IMG/VR virus record: IMGVR_UViG_3300024350_000006
Strand: one strand, 5' to 3'
Length of the DNA: 64,000 nt
Source: a virus
The notes under the pieces were generated by a model. It saw only the letters and a program-made list of their open reading frames with translations. It was not told the origin of the DNA and ran no database searches. Positions 40,359 through 49,949 of the stretch are shown piece after piece (position 1 is the first letter of the stretch; every line of letters starts with the position of its first letter). The position numbers were made by a program, and so were the translations under genes.

Positions 40359-40682
40359 TTACTTCTTGGGAGCCTTTTTAGGCTTGGCTTGAGTATTGGT
40401 TGGTTTGGTAGTTTTAGCTGGAGCCTTTTTAGGCTGCGCTGGCTTCTTAGGCTTCTTAGGCTTCTTAGCAGGTTCTTGTACTGTAGCAGCGACCTCAACA
40501 GTCTCGTGACCAATACCATCTACCTTGGTAGTAAGAACGGGTGGCTCTACTTTGTAGGGTACTTCATTTTGTTTAGTTGCGCCGTCAAGCGGATGATCAC
40601 CAGATTCTTCATATTTACGATCGCGCCAGAGAAAATATCCCAATACTGCAACCACTACTGCTATTAAAATAATTAATTCCAT
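40359..40682 (-). CDS. Membrane-anchored protein with Lys/Pro-rich tail
   Basis: N-terminal TM; AAGGAG RBS; KKPKKP repeats. Confidence 0.7.
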   Translation of the reverse strand: MELIILIAVVVAVLGYFLWRDRKYEESGDHPLDGATKQNEVPYKVEPPVLTTKVDGIGHETVEVAATVQEPAKKPKKPKKPAQPKKAPAKTTKPTNTQAKPKKAPKK

Positions 40683-40859
40683 TACTATCTCCTTGATTTT
40701 AGAATATATAATAGTATTTAACTTTTTTCCTAAGAGTAGAAAATTTTACCAAAAACACTTGATTTTTGTTGCAATGCACAATATAATGCTAAATAAAAGT
40801 AGCAGTGCCCGGGTGGGGCTGCAAAATTTAACTATCGCTTAACACTAAAGGATAAAGAT

Positions 40860-41162
40860 ATGTTTAGTCTAGAAAACGTAATTGATAATATTCAAACAAC
40901 TAAAAAAACCATCGCTAAGACAGTGATTAACAATGAAGAAATGGCCAAGCTTGTAGACAGCTACATTGACAGCCAGACAGAATTTGCCAAAAGTTCTGCT
41001 AAGTTTGCTAACAGTCTAGGTCAGTTTGTGACACAGGAAAGTGTTAAACTAGCACAGGATGCTGCTAAGTTTGACTACCTAGGTTACGCAGATCGTGTTC
41101 TAAGAACTCTTAATCAACCCTGGACCACAAACGCCACTACATCTACTGCCAAGAGCAAGTAA
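40860..41162 (+). CDS. Helical hypothetical protein (possibly phasin-like)
   Basis: Amphipathic helical 100 aa; own promoter, structured UTR and terminator. Confidence 0.55.
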   Translation: MFSLENVIDNIQTTKKTIAKTVINNEEMAKLVDSYIDSQTEFAKSSAKFANSLGQFVTQESVKLAQDAAKFDYLGYADRVLRTLNQPWTTNATTSTAKSK

Positions 41163-41179
41163 TTTAGTTTGAAGTAACC

Positions 41180-41210
41180 AAGGCCCGAATAATTGTTCGG
41201 GCCTTTTCTT
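41180..41210 (+). terminator. Intrinsic terminator
   Basis: AAGGCCCGAA..TTCGGGCCTTTTCTT. Confidence 0.8.
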
Positions 41211-41227
41211 TCACTATAAATATTTTT

Positions 41228-42538
41228 ATGCAAGATAAATTTGATAGTCAACCCGGGGAATACTATTGCGTGATGCCCTGGCACGGTGCATTCTATACTA
41301 GTAACGGAATGGGGGCCTGTTGTAGCTGGGGTGATTTAGAAAAAACTACTCCAATGAAATTTCTTCAAGGTGAAAACCTAAAAAGAGTAAAAACACAGAT
41401 GCTTAATGGACAAGTTCCTAAAGAATGTAACTACTGCCACGAGCAAGAGCAAAACGGATTTTACAGTACAAGAAATCTTTATCGCGATCACGTCAAGTCC
41501 AAGAGATGGTTCGAACCTAGTCGTAGTCTAGAATTTAAAACTCCTGAAGTCCTAGAAGTTAGATTCAGCAATCTATGTAATATGCAATGTCGTATTTGTA
41601 GTCCAGACTGGAGTCACTTAATAGGTAGAGAAGTTCAAGAATCAGACAATAACGTTCTTAAAAGATTTTATGCAGTATCTAGTAAAAAAGTAAATGAAGA
41701 TCCACTGCAAGAGATACCTGATGAAAGTGTTAGTGAAATAATAGAACTAGCCAAGAAAGCCAACCACGTTTTTATAACAGGTGGTGAACCCACCATACAT
41801 AAACAAACTATACAATTAATTGATACACTAATAGAAACTGGCTGTGCTAAAAAACAAACGCTACATATAAACACAAACTGTAGTGCTATCAATCCCCGAC
41901 TACTACAAAAATTTAAAGAGTTTGATAACATAATTCTCAGCATTAGTATTGATGGCACTGGGGATGTGGCAAATTATCAAAGATACGGCACTAAATGGGA
42001 AGTAGTAGACGCAAACGTTCGTAGTCTGGGGGATCTTAAAAACAACAGTCCTGTGATTTATGGGGATGATGTCACGCATAGTATTATCCACACTGTGAGC
42101 CTGGGAGTTAACCTTGCAGTAAGTGCCTACACAGTACTAGACATTGACACTACAATAAAATACCTTATCGACGTCTGGGACTATTGCAAATTAAGTATAG
42201 GCGTTAGTGTGGTACATTATCCTTTTAATCCTCTGACACTTCGTGGTGAATGTAGAAAACTAGCAGTACGAAAACTAGGGGCGGCAATAGAACTGATACA
42301 GGACAAGATCGCTATAGAACCTAGGTTTGCCTTGTATATAAAAAACAGTGCCAACAGCCTAGAAGAGTTGCAAAAATTGCAACAAGCCTTGGGTCAACCC
42401 GAAGATTCCAGTCTGGAAGCAGTAAGATATTACAATAACTTTATCTACAAGCCCACTTTGGCACTAGACCAAGTAAGAAACCAGAGTTTCGAACAACTCT
42501 TTGGTCTCCCCCTAGATCCACCAATCTTACCAGAATGA
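41228..42538 (+). CDS. Radical SAM protein with N-terminal SPASM/twitch-like Cys motif
   Basis: CNMQCRIC, ITGGEPT, NTN, SIDG; N-terminal CVMPW..ACC..C..C. Confidence 0.9.
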   Translation: MQDKFDSQPGEYYCVMPWHGAFYTSNGMGACCSWGDLEKTTPMKFLQGENLKRVKTQMLNGQVPKECNYCHEQEQNGFYSTRNLYRDHVKSKRWFEPSRSLEFKTPEVLEVRFSNLCNMQCRICSPDWSHLIGREVQESDNNVLKRFYAVSSKKVNEDPLQEIPDESVSEIIELAKKANHVFITGGEPTIHKQTIQLIDTLIETGCAKKQTLHINTNCSAINPRLLQKFKEFDNIILSISIDGTGDVANYQRYGTKWEVVDANVRSLGDLKNNSPVIYGDDVTHSIIHTVSLGVNLAVSAYTVLDIDTTIKYLIDVWDYCKLSIGVSVVHYPFNPLTLRGECRKLAVRKLGAAIELIQDKIAIEPRFALYIKNSANSLEELQKLQQALGQPEDSSLEAVRYYNNFIYKPTLALDQVRNQSFEQLFGLPLDPPILPE

Positions 42539-42548
42539 TCTAGACCAT

Positions 42549-42577
42549 TTGACTTTAATCTGGGCCACGCATATAAT
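42549..42577 (+). promoter_or_regulatory. Sigma70-type early promoter
   Basis: TTGACT-N17-TATAAT. Confidence 0.8.
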
Positions 42578-42609
42578 GGTGGTCCGATTAACTAATTGAG
42601 TTCACTCTT

Positions 42610-43047
42610 ATGGGACTTGATCAATATGCCTACGTAGCAGCCCGCGCCAATCAGCGCGATGATTTTTACAATTCCGGCGAATGGGATTCAGACCTTAAAC
42701 AATATACTAATCCTAAAGTAGAAAGCCCCCGAGAAATAGCCTACTGGCGCAAACACCCTAATCTTCAAGGCTGGATGGAACAACTTTGGAGGAAAAAAGG
42801 TTGCCTGAATGGTGACAAAAATAATTCCGATGACTGGACCTTCAATGGTATTGAACTGGAACTAACCTGGGAAGATCTTGATGCTTTGGAACAGGATATA
42901 TTGAACGGTCAATTGCCCTACACAGAAGGTTTCTTTTTTGGTTCTCCTGCTGACGAATATTATCGAAGACAGGATCTAGAATTTATTAAAAAAGCTCGCG
43001 CAGAACTTTTTGTTGGTCTTAAAGTGTTTTACAATTCAAGCTGGTAA
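42610..43047 (+). CDS. Conserved phage hypothetical protein
   Basis: MGLDQYAY, EIAYWRKHPNLQGWM, GFFFG, YNSSW. Confidence 0.75.
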   Translation: MGLDQYAYVAARANQRDDFYNSGEWDSDLKQYTNPKVESPREIAYWRKHPNLQGWMEQLWRKKGCLNGDKNNSDDWTFNGIELELTWEDLDALEQDILNGQLPYTEGFFFGSPADEYYRRQDLEFIKKARAELFVGLKVFYNSSW

Positions 43048-43072
43048 TTTAATTTTAATCAAGGAGATAATT

Positions 43073-43237
43073 ATGACCAAGGTACAACGCTATGCAGATG
43101 AAGCAGTATTTCAATTACAACTACCTACTTCAGCAGCAGTGAAATATGTAGTCCACAATTCCGGCGCAACTCAGGAACTTGCACGTCAAGCTCTTAAAGA
43201 TACAATGACCGGTTACAAGAATAAAAAGGTCAAGTAA
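43073..43237 (+). CDS. Small hypothetical protein
   Basis: AAGGAG RBS before MTKVQRYADEAV. Confidence 0.55.
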   Translation: MTKVQRYADEAVFQLQLPTSAAVKYVVHNSGATQELARQALKDTMTGYKNKKVK

Positions 43238-44001
43238 TGTGGCCCACTGTGGCTCTAACAGTTATCGCTCTAGCCTTTGGTGAGACACCCGAGCAACGTC
43301 TAGAAATAGAGAATGCTCAGTGGGCCAACAAGACTGGTTACAAGAGTACTCTCAGTGCCCTGGCTCCCTATAGAACACACGATCAGTATAATCATACTGA
43401 TGGTGCTATACTAGAACGAGCTAGAGAAAAAGTAATCAAGATCAAAGTTATTAATGATGATCTTAAACCTGTTATGAGTTGCACTGATATGAAGTATGTG
43501 GTAAAGTTTCTGGAATCCGAGATAAGCGATCAGAGTTTTGATCCTGACAAACTCAAGCGTGAGGCACGTAGGCTTAACAGTGCGACACGCAGCAAGATCT
43601 GGCATACTCGTATGGTTTGTGGAGGACTTGAAGGTGCAAACAACAGCGACCTTCCTGACGTCAACAAGTCAGTTTCAGGCCAGAGTGTCAATCTGGATTC
43701 TAGCAGCAGGTGTTTCTTCGAATCTGGTAAAGTTCAGCAGGGAAGCCAGGTCAAAGAATATAAGACTGAGCACTGTGTGGACGAACCTGGTGTTAGTGTA
43801 CGTCGTGTTAAGCTAGGGGAAATCGTACGGGAAGGCACAGTGGCCGAACACTCAGTGATACCAGGATACTTTAATTATAAAGACCAGAAATGCCGTTGGT
43901 TCCAGGAAAATAATGTTCATTCTGGTGATGCTGTAACCTATCAGGGTGTAATTTGTGAAACTTCTACCAAATCGGCCTGGCAGGTCATTGACAAATTCTA
44001 A
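43237..44001 (+). CDS. Secreted hypothetical protein
   Basis: Hydrophobic N-terminus, several Cys, ends WQVIDKF. Confidence 0.65.
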   Translation: MWPTVALTVIALAFGETPEQRLEIENAQWANKTGYKSTLSALAPYRTHDQYNHTDGAILERAREKVIKIKVINDDLKPVMSCTDMKYVVKFLESEISDQSFDPDKLKREARRLNSATRSKIWHTRMVCGGLEGANNSDLPDVNKSVSGQSVNLDSSSRCFFESGKVQQGSQVKEYKTEHCVDEPGVSVRRVKLGEIVREGTVAEHSVIPGYFNYKDQKCRWFQENNVHSGDAVTYQGVICETSTKSAWQVIDKF

Positions 44002-44016
44002 TGATCACATTATAAT
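43988..44016 (+). promoter_or_regulatory. Perfect-consensus sigma70 promoter
   Basis: TTGACA-N17-TATAAT. Confidence 0.85.
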
Positions 44017-44025
44017 GGAGGTATT

Positions 44026-44157
44026 ATGAAATTAGCTCTAAATATTTTAATTTTGGTTTTGTTGTCCACTATAGTGGGCTGCGGGACTGTAGGTGGTGCA
44101 GTAAGTGGTGCCGGCTCAGATTTACAAAAAGCCGGCGAATGGATTAAAACTCGTTAA
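44026..44157 (+). CDS. Entericidin EcnA/B-like small lipoprotein (43 aa, not in track)
   Basis: GGAGG RBS; lipobox IVGC then GTVGGAVSGAGSDLQKAG. Confidence 0.7.
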   Translation: MKLALNILILVLLSTIVGCGTVGGAVSGAGSDLQKAGEWIKTR

Positions 44158-44167
44158 GGAGTACTAG

Positions 44168-44749
44168 ATGAAACTCAATAAAATTGTATTTGTTACTGCC
44201 CTGGCCAGCGTACTAGCTGCTTGTGGTACCACTGATCCCTACGAAAAACGTGCCGAGCAGGAACGTGAGCGTCAGGAAAAGTATGTGGAACGTAGCCTTA
44301 GTAAATCGCCGGACTGGATGACAAAATTGCCCAAGAGTAACAGTGCAGTCTATGCCAATGGCACAGGTGTAAGCCAGGATATGAATATGGCTGATGAAAA
44401 AGCTACCTTGATGGCCTACAGCAAGATATGTATGGCAGCCGGCGGTGAAGTGGACAAGAATAGCAAGATGTTTCTAAGCGACAGCGAACGAACTACTAGC
44501 GAACGTAGCGAACTAGCCATACGTGCAATGTGTAAAAACACTGACATAAGTGGTGTAGAGATTGTGGAAGTAAAACGTGTCAATGAAGGAACTAGATATC
44601 GTACCTTTATGTTGGTGAGCTTGCCACTGGACGACGCTAATCCCTTGGCTGAACGAAATGATCGTAAACGTCGTGAGTCCAAGACTGATCAACGTAGCCG
44701 TGAAGCTTTTGATGAACTAGATAATATCACACGCGGTAAGAAACAATAA
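44168..44749 (+). CDS. Lipoprotein
   Basis: Lipobox LAAC; PDWM, YANGTG. Confidence 0.78.
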   Translation: MKLNKIVFVTALASVLAACGTTDPYEKRAEQERERQEKYVERSLSKSPDWMTKLPKSNSAVYANGTGVSQDMNMADEKATLMAYSKICMAAGGEVDKNSKMFLSDSERTTSERSELAIRAMCKNTDISGVEIVEVKRVNEGTRYRTFMLVSLPLDDANPLAERNDRKRRESKTDQRSREAFDELDNITRGKKQ

Positions 44750-44762
44750 TTTCTAATTTTAC

Positions 44763-44787
44763 CGGGCAGTTCAGCTGCCCGTTTTTC
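44763..44787 (+). terminator. Intrinsic terminator
   Basis: CGGGCAG-ttcag-CTGCCCG-TTTTT. Confidence 0.75.
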
Positions 44788-44793
44788 TTTGAG

Positions 44794-44976
44794 GTGATTA
44801 TGAGTGGGCGTGGATTTATAGCTGAAGAACCCTTGACAGTCTGTGAGTTTTGCGGCAAAATAGATGAATGTCGGCCCTACGGTCCAAATGATGAACAAAT
44901 ATGTTTTGAATGTGGAATGCAGGACGAAGAAACAACAAGAAAAAAGATGATAAAGTATATATTTGGAGAAGAATAA
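44794..44976 (+). CDS. Small zinc-finger protein
   Basis: [20 protein letters not shown]. Confidence 0.65.
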   Translation: MIMSGRGFIAEEPLTVCEFCGKIDECRPYGPNDEQICFECGMQDEETTRKKMIKYIFGEE

Positions 44977-44978
44977 AG

Positions 44979-45572
44979 ATGCCGCATTTTGTACCAACAG
45001 TATTAGAAAAAACTTCCAACGGCGAACGTGCCTACGACATTTATAGTCGTCTGCTAAAGGAACGCATTGTGATGCTGGACACTGATGTTAACGAACATTC
45101 AGCCAGCCTTATAGTAGCCCAATTACTTTTTCTAGAAAGCGAAGATAGTGAGAAAGATATTTACTTCTATATTAACAGTCCCGGTGGTGTTGTTACTGCT
45201 GGTATGGCAATCTATGATACTATGCAGTTTATTCGTCCTGATGTTAGCACCATCGTGCTGGGCCAGGCCTGTAGTATGGGCTCGCTCCTTGCACAGGCAG
45301 GCGCTCCTGGTAAACGTAAGATGCTCCCGAATGCTAGACATATGATTCATCAGCCCAGTGGCGGTGCTGGTGGTCAAGCCACAGATATGGAAATTCAGGT
45401 ACGTGAGATTCTTAAAATGAAACGTAACCTGACTGAGATCTACGTAAAGCATAATAGTAGGGGCAAGACCTACGATGAATTAGCTGCTGATATGGAGCGT
45501 GACTTCTTTATGAGCGCACAGGAGGCTGTGGCCTACGGTTTAGTTGACGAGGTAATAGTCGACCGTAAATAA
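44979..45572 (+). CDS. clpP: ATP-dependent Clp protease proteolytic subunit
   Basis: [29 protein letters not shown] (catalytic Ser), [13 protein letters not shown]; start 44979. Confidence 0.96.
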   Translation: MPHFVPTVLEKTSNGERAYDIYSRLLKERIVMLDTDVNEHSASLIVAQLLFLESEDSEKDIYFYINSPGGVVTAGMAIYDTMQFIRPDVSTIVLGQACSMGSLLAQAGAPGKRKMLPNARHMIHQPSGGAGGQATDMEIQVREILKMKRNLTEIYVKHNSRGKTYDELAADMERDFFMSAQEAVAYGLVDEVIVDRK

Positions 45573-45575
45573 AGG

Positions 45576-46856
45576 ATGCCGCTTAAAAATAATTTTTGCT
45601 CTAGCCCGTGGTTCCATATGAAGGTAGGGAACGACGGGTCTTTTCATTTCTGTCGCTGGGGAGAAAATAACAAGAGCACTAGTAATATTAAAAATACTCA
45701 TCCAGTAACGTGGTTCCAGAATAGCACTGAACAAAAAATCCTAAGACAGGGAATGATTAATGGTGTTCAAAATCTAGACTGTCACGGTTGTTATACTATG
45801 GAGTCTCACGGTAAGATAAGCGGCAGACAACGACAACTTTTAAAGACTGGCATACAACTGGATCAGTTTGACAAAACTATGTTATCTAGCCCCTGGTTGT
45901 CTGTGTTTAAAAGATCTGAGAATGGAGACACTGATCAAGTCCCACTGGACTGGCAAATAGATCTAGGAAATTTTTGTAACAGTGCCTGTGTGTTCTGTGT
46001 ACCTGAGTCCAGCAGTAGACTGGCTAGCGAACTACATAAACTTAAAATAATAGATAGTTTGCCTGAGGAAAACTGGAGTAAAAATACCAACCAGCTAGAA
46101 AAATTACTGGATGCGCTGGAAAAAGCAAATAACACAAATAGCCTACGTTATCTGCATTTTATTGGTGGTGAAACTTTAATTATACCAGCCTTTAAGTCTA
46201 TACTGCAAAAAATAACCACCCCCACAACTCTTGGTTTTACTACCAATCTCACTGTCTGGGACGAGGAGATAATAGATCTCCTTTCTCCACATAATGTACA
46301 TCTGGGAGTGAGCCTAGAAACAGTCAGTCCCCTAAATGATTACATAAGGTGGGGTAGTAGACTAGAACAAGTATTGGAAAATTTATCTAGATGGCAAACT
46401 GTGGCACAACAACGCAACTGGATAATGAGTCTACGCATAACCCCCACAGCGTTAAGTATAGGGGAACTAGACTCAGTCTACGAATATGCCTGGCAGAATA
46501 ATCTTCTAGTAGAGAGTTGTAACTTTATACACGAGCCTGCATTTCTAAGACCCAGCGTTCTACCCCTGAGTCTAAGATTACAGGCTAGACACAGACTCAC
46601 CAGCTGGATTAAAAACAAGGACACCGAGCAGGATCACACTGTCATTAACACTAGGGACACAAACAAGACCAAGCAGGTGTTATTACAGGATGCTAGAAGC
46701 TACATAAGTTATCTAAATACAGCACGTGATGAAACCTCACTACTGCCTAGACTTGTAGACTACATTAATAAACTAGAAACTAGCCGCAACAATTGTATAC
46801 TAGACTATCTACCACAATATGCAGACACTTTCCGATCTCACGGCTACTCTAAATGA
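45576..46856 (+). CDS. Radical SAM protein (paralog of 41228)
   Basis: FCSSPW, CNSACVFC, FIGGET, FTTN. Confidence 0.9.
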   Translation: MPLKNNFCSSPWFHMKVGNDGSFHFCRWGENNKSTSNIKNTHPVTWFQNSTEQKILRQGMINGVQNLDCHGCYTMESHGKISGRQRQLLKTGIQLDQFDKTMLSSPWLSVFKRSENGDTDQVPLDWQIDLGNFCNSACVFCVPESSSRLASELHKLKIIDSLPEENWSKNTNQLEKLLDALEKANNTNSLRYLHFIGGETLIIPAFKSILQKITTPTTLGFTTNLTVWDEEIIDLLSPHNVHLGVSLETVSPLNDYIRWGSRLEQVLENLSRWQTVAQQRNWIMSLRITPTALSIGELDSVYEYAWQNNLLVESCNFIHEPAFLRPSVLPLSLRLQARHRLTSWIKNKDTEQDHTVINTRDTNKTKQVLLQDARSYISYLNTARDETSLLPRLVDYINKLETSRNNCILDYLPQYADTFRSHGYSK

Positions 46857-47268
46857 AAACTATGTGCGTGTGGCACTGGATCTAAGATTAATAGGTCAGC
46901 CACGCTATAAAGTTAAAATAAACAACGTAGTTTATGAACATCTAGCGGTAAATAATCTAGGACAAACCAGTCTAATAGCTAATTGTCACTTGTTAGAGCC
47001 CATAAGAATTACTATAACATTATACGGCAAGGATTACCTGGAAGATAGTACTAGAGCTCTAGTGATAGAAAGCCTTCGTCTGGACGAGTTTGATATAGTT
47101 CCCAATTGGACTCAGCTGGCCATCTACGATAATGACAAAAATTGCAATCAACCCACAAATCATCTAGGCTTCAACGGACACTGGACTCTGGACATAGACC
47201 AACCCTTTTACCTCTGGAAACATAGTATAACCGGGCAGGGCTGGTTATTTCAACCAAAACTATCATAA
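46819..47268 (+). CDS. Hypothetical protein
   Basis: Overlaps the radical SAM gene end; LGFNGHW..PFY.W. Confidence 0.6.
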   Translation: MQTLSDLTATLNENYVRVALDLRLIGQPRYKVKINNVVYEHLAVNNLGQTSLIANCHLLEPIRITITLYGKDYLEDSTRALVIESLRLDEFDIVPNWTQLAIYDNDKNCNQPTNHLGFNGHWTLDIDQPFYLWKHSITGQGWLFQPKLS

Positions 47269-47359
47269 ATACTGTGTAATGTCTAGCACCCTGATGTTAA
47301 ACTGTTGCACCTGCTAGCGCAGTCGCGGAAACAAAAAAGCAACAATAATTCAAACTTTT

Positions 47360-47384
47360 AAACGCAGCTCTGCTGCGTTTTTTC
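47360..47384 (+). terminator. Intrinsic terminator
   Basis: AAACGCAGC-tct-GCTGCGTTTTTT. Confidence 0.75.
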
Positions 47385-47467
47385 TATCTTGCTTACAAAC
47401 TAAAACTACTAAATACTAAGATAATGCAGTAAAAATGCACAAGATCTGAACATTTTAAGGTAAAGTT

Positions 47468-48619
47468 ATGCGACTCAGTGAATTTAAAAAAGCCAAAAAA
47501 CGTATGCTAGGGGGATTTGAAGTGACGCCTGTTAATATTGAACAGGATAAAGTTCGAGAAGCTATTAAGCTTAATGCTCCCAGTAAAAAAATAGATCGCG
47601 ATGAACTACAGTCCTATGCTGATAGAATCAAGACCGATACTAAAACCAAACAGGATAAATTCAAGCCTATTATTCACGGCAGCAACATCAAAGCAATAGT
47701 CAAGGACGATGGGGAGACTGAATGGGATCTAGATGATCTAGCCAGTCAGATTACTACAAGGCCCACTAAGTTGCTAGACACGAATGCTAAAATGAAGAAA
47801 AGTCAGGCCGAGGGAGAAATTCTCTACGACCTAACTTTACCTGCACTGGCTGGTATTGTGGTAGATGAAGAAACTGGAGAATTTGTAGAGATAGAAACCT
47901 GTCCGGGTGCTGGAGAATGTCAGTTGTTCTGTTATGCTCGCAAGGGTGGTTATGTTATGTTTCCAGCTAGTTCAATGAGCGCAGCACAGGCTTTAAACTT
48001 CTTGGTAAATGACCCTGAAGGTTATATGGCACTAGCCAATAAAGAAATAACTGCCATTAAGGCTAAGGCAGCTAAAAACAAAATTCGTCTAGCAGTACGC
48101 TGGCACGATGCCGGAGACTTCTTTAGTAAAGAATATCTAGAACTTGCTTTTAACGTTGCACGCCAACATCCTGACGTTAAATTTTATGCCTACACTAAAA
48201 TGGGAGATGTAGTAGCCAGCGCCAACAAACCCAGTAACTTTATTATTAATTTTAGTTCAGGTGCTAAAAGCCGAGAAGTTAAAAAAGTAGAACTACATAG
48301 ACAGGCAGGCAATGTCATCAAGCAGGGTGTCACAGTGCCCAAGAAAATGTTCTTTGATCTAATTGCTCGTGATGGAAATAAACTAATTAAAGATGAAAAA
48401 GGTCGAACACAATTTAAGGATCAGGAAGCATTAGACACATTTAAACTACGTCTGGCTCAGGAATATAACGTAGATCCTGCTAGCATTATTACCTACGATC
48501 AAATGTTAAGTATTCCCGAAGGGCCACAACCTAAATGGAATGTTATTGTGCAACCAGGTGCAGGTGATCGTGCAGCGAATAGACTGGATGTAATTGATAG
48601 TTATTTAATGTTCCACTAA
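47468..48619 (+). CDS. GP88-like (radical-SAM-related) protein with MRLSEF leader
   Basis: TCPGAGECQLFCYARKG, RWHDAGDFFS, FYAYTK. Confidence 0.7.
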   Translation: MRLSEFKKAKKRMLGGFEVTPVNIEQDKVREAIKLNAPSKKIDRDELQSYADRIKTDTKTKQDKFKPIIHGSNIKAIVKDDGETEWDLDDLASQITTRPTKLLDTNAKMKKSQAEGEILYDLTLPALAGIVVDEETGEFVEIETCPGAGECQLFCYARKGGYVMFPASSMSAAQALNFLVNDPEGYMALANKEITAIKAKAAKNKIRLAVRWHDAGDFFSKEYLELAFNVARQHPDVKFYAYTKMGDVVASANKPSNFIINFSSGAKSREVKKVELHRQAGNVIKQGVTVPKKMFFDLIARDGNKLIKDEKGRTQFKDQEALDTFKLRLAQEYNVDPASIITYDQMLSIPEGPQPKWNVIVQPGAGDRAANRLDVIDSYLMFH

Positions 48620-48620
48620 A

Positions 48621-49946
48621 ATGAAAGCAACTGAATTAATTACCGAACAACCTTTTGTACCAGTAAATCGTGGATTTACCTACAAGGGCTATCCCTGTAC
48701 TAAAGATTGTAGTGGGCATATGGCTGGTGATGCCTGGGCGGAGAAAAAAGGTATACAAACAGCCAACCAATGTCCCCCAGGCTGGAGTAACAGTTTCTGG
48801 GAAGGTTGTAAGAGTAACAGTGAATATACAGCTGAAGATCTAGAAGAAGGCCTGCGTGTAGACGTGCCTAATGAGGAATGGCTACAGCGTAAAATAGAAT
48901 ATGCAAAGTCACGAGGAAGAGATAGTTGGGGTGTGCCCTATCGGGGCACCAGCACCGCCTACATTGATGGAGTGATGCTACCAGTAAGCCTACTAAAAAA
49001 TCTTCCTGGTATGCGAGCTGAGCAACAGAATGTACGTCAGGAAGATCTAGAGGCTATAACGAAAATAATGCGGGACACTGGTAAACTTCCTCTGGGCCGC
49101 AGCGGAGAAGAATATCTTCCTTTTATTAATGTAGCCTATAACGGTGAAGCCTGGGTAAATGAGGGTAATCATCGTATTATGGCAGCAGCCCGACTAGGCT
49201 GGGATAGAATGCCAGTTGAGTTAAGATACTTTGATGGTGGAGAAAGAATTAAGTCAGGTCCCCTCTATCCTAAAAAGATAGGACTGGGTGAGCAAGCTAT
49301 AGATGAGATGGCTGGTGATGTTCACGTGGGTGTTGGTCAAGAACTAGCTAGACAGGGTTATGAATACCTAGGTAGTGGAATTGATAAACAGGCCTACCTA
49401 GAACCTGAAACAGGAAAGGTGTTAATAGTATTTGGCTATCGCAAGGGTTTTAAAGATTTTAGTCCGGACCAACGTATGTTTATTAGCTGGATCGATTATT
49501 GCAATAAAAATCAAGACAATCCTCATCTACCTAGATTCAGTGGTTTCGTAAGTTTTAAATTTCAAGGCAAGAATTATATACAGGCTAGGATGGAAGCATT
49601 ACAGGAATTACCTGAATCAGTTGCCTATCTAGTTGGCAATATTGCTGATGCAGTTAAGAAAACTGGTGCTAAAAATTATAAGGAAGCATTCCATAACCTA
49701 GCAATGTGGAGCTCCTACGACAGTTGGGAAGGTGATAATCCTGAACAGTATGATATTAAGAGTGTAATTAAGTATCTAGGCGGAGAAAATAAAGCTATAG
49801 GTTTATTAAAAACAGTTCATAAAGTATCAAAGTTTGCAAAAAAACACGGATATAATATTGATCTTCACCGCGGCAATTATATGCAAAGACCCAATGGTAC
49901 TATTGTAGTAAATGATCCATTTGTTTTATGGATTAAGGGAAGATAA
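48621..49946 (+). CDS. Multidomain protein: Cys-rich domain + ParB/Srx-like domain + protein-kinase-like domain
   Basis: CTKDCSGH; NEGNHRIMAA..LG; YLGSG...DLHRGNYMQR..IVVNDP. Confidence 0.65.
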   Translation: MKATELITEQPFVPVNRGFTYKGYPCTKDCSGHMAGDAWAEKKGIQTANQCPPGWSNSFWEGCKSNSEYTAEDLEEGLRVDVPNEEWLQRKIEYAKSRGRDSWGVPYRGTSTAYIDGVMLPVSLLKNLPGMRAEQQNVRQEDLEAITKIMRDTGKLPLGRSGEEYLPFINVAYNGEAWVNEGNHRIMAAARLGWDRMPVELRYFDGGERIKSGPLYPKKIGLGEQAIDEMAGDVHVGVGQELARQGYEYLGSGIDKQAYLEPETGKVLIVFGYRKGFKDFSPDQRMFISWIDYCNKNQDNPHLPRFSGFVSFKFQGKNYIQARMEALQELPESVAYLVGNIADAVKKTGAKNYKEAFHNLAMWSSYDSWEGDNPEQYDIKSVIKYLGGENKAIGLLKTVHKVSKFAKKHGYNIDLHRGNYMQRPNGTIVVNDPFVLWIKGR

Positions 49947-49949
49947 AAG

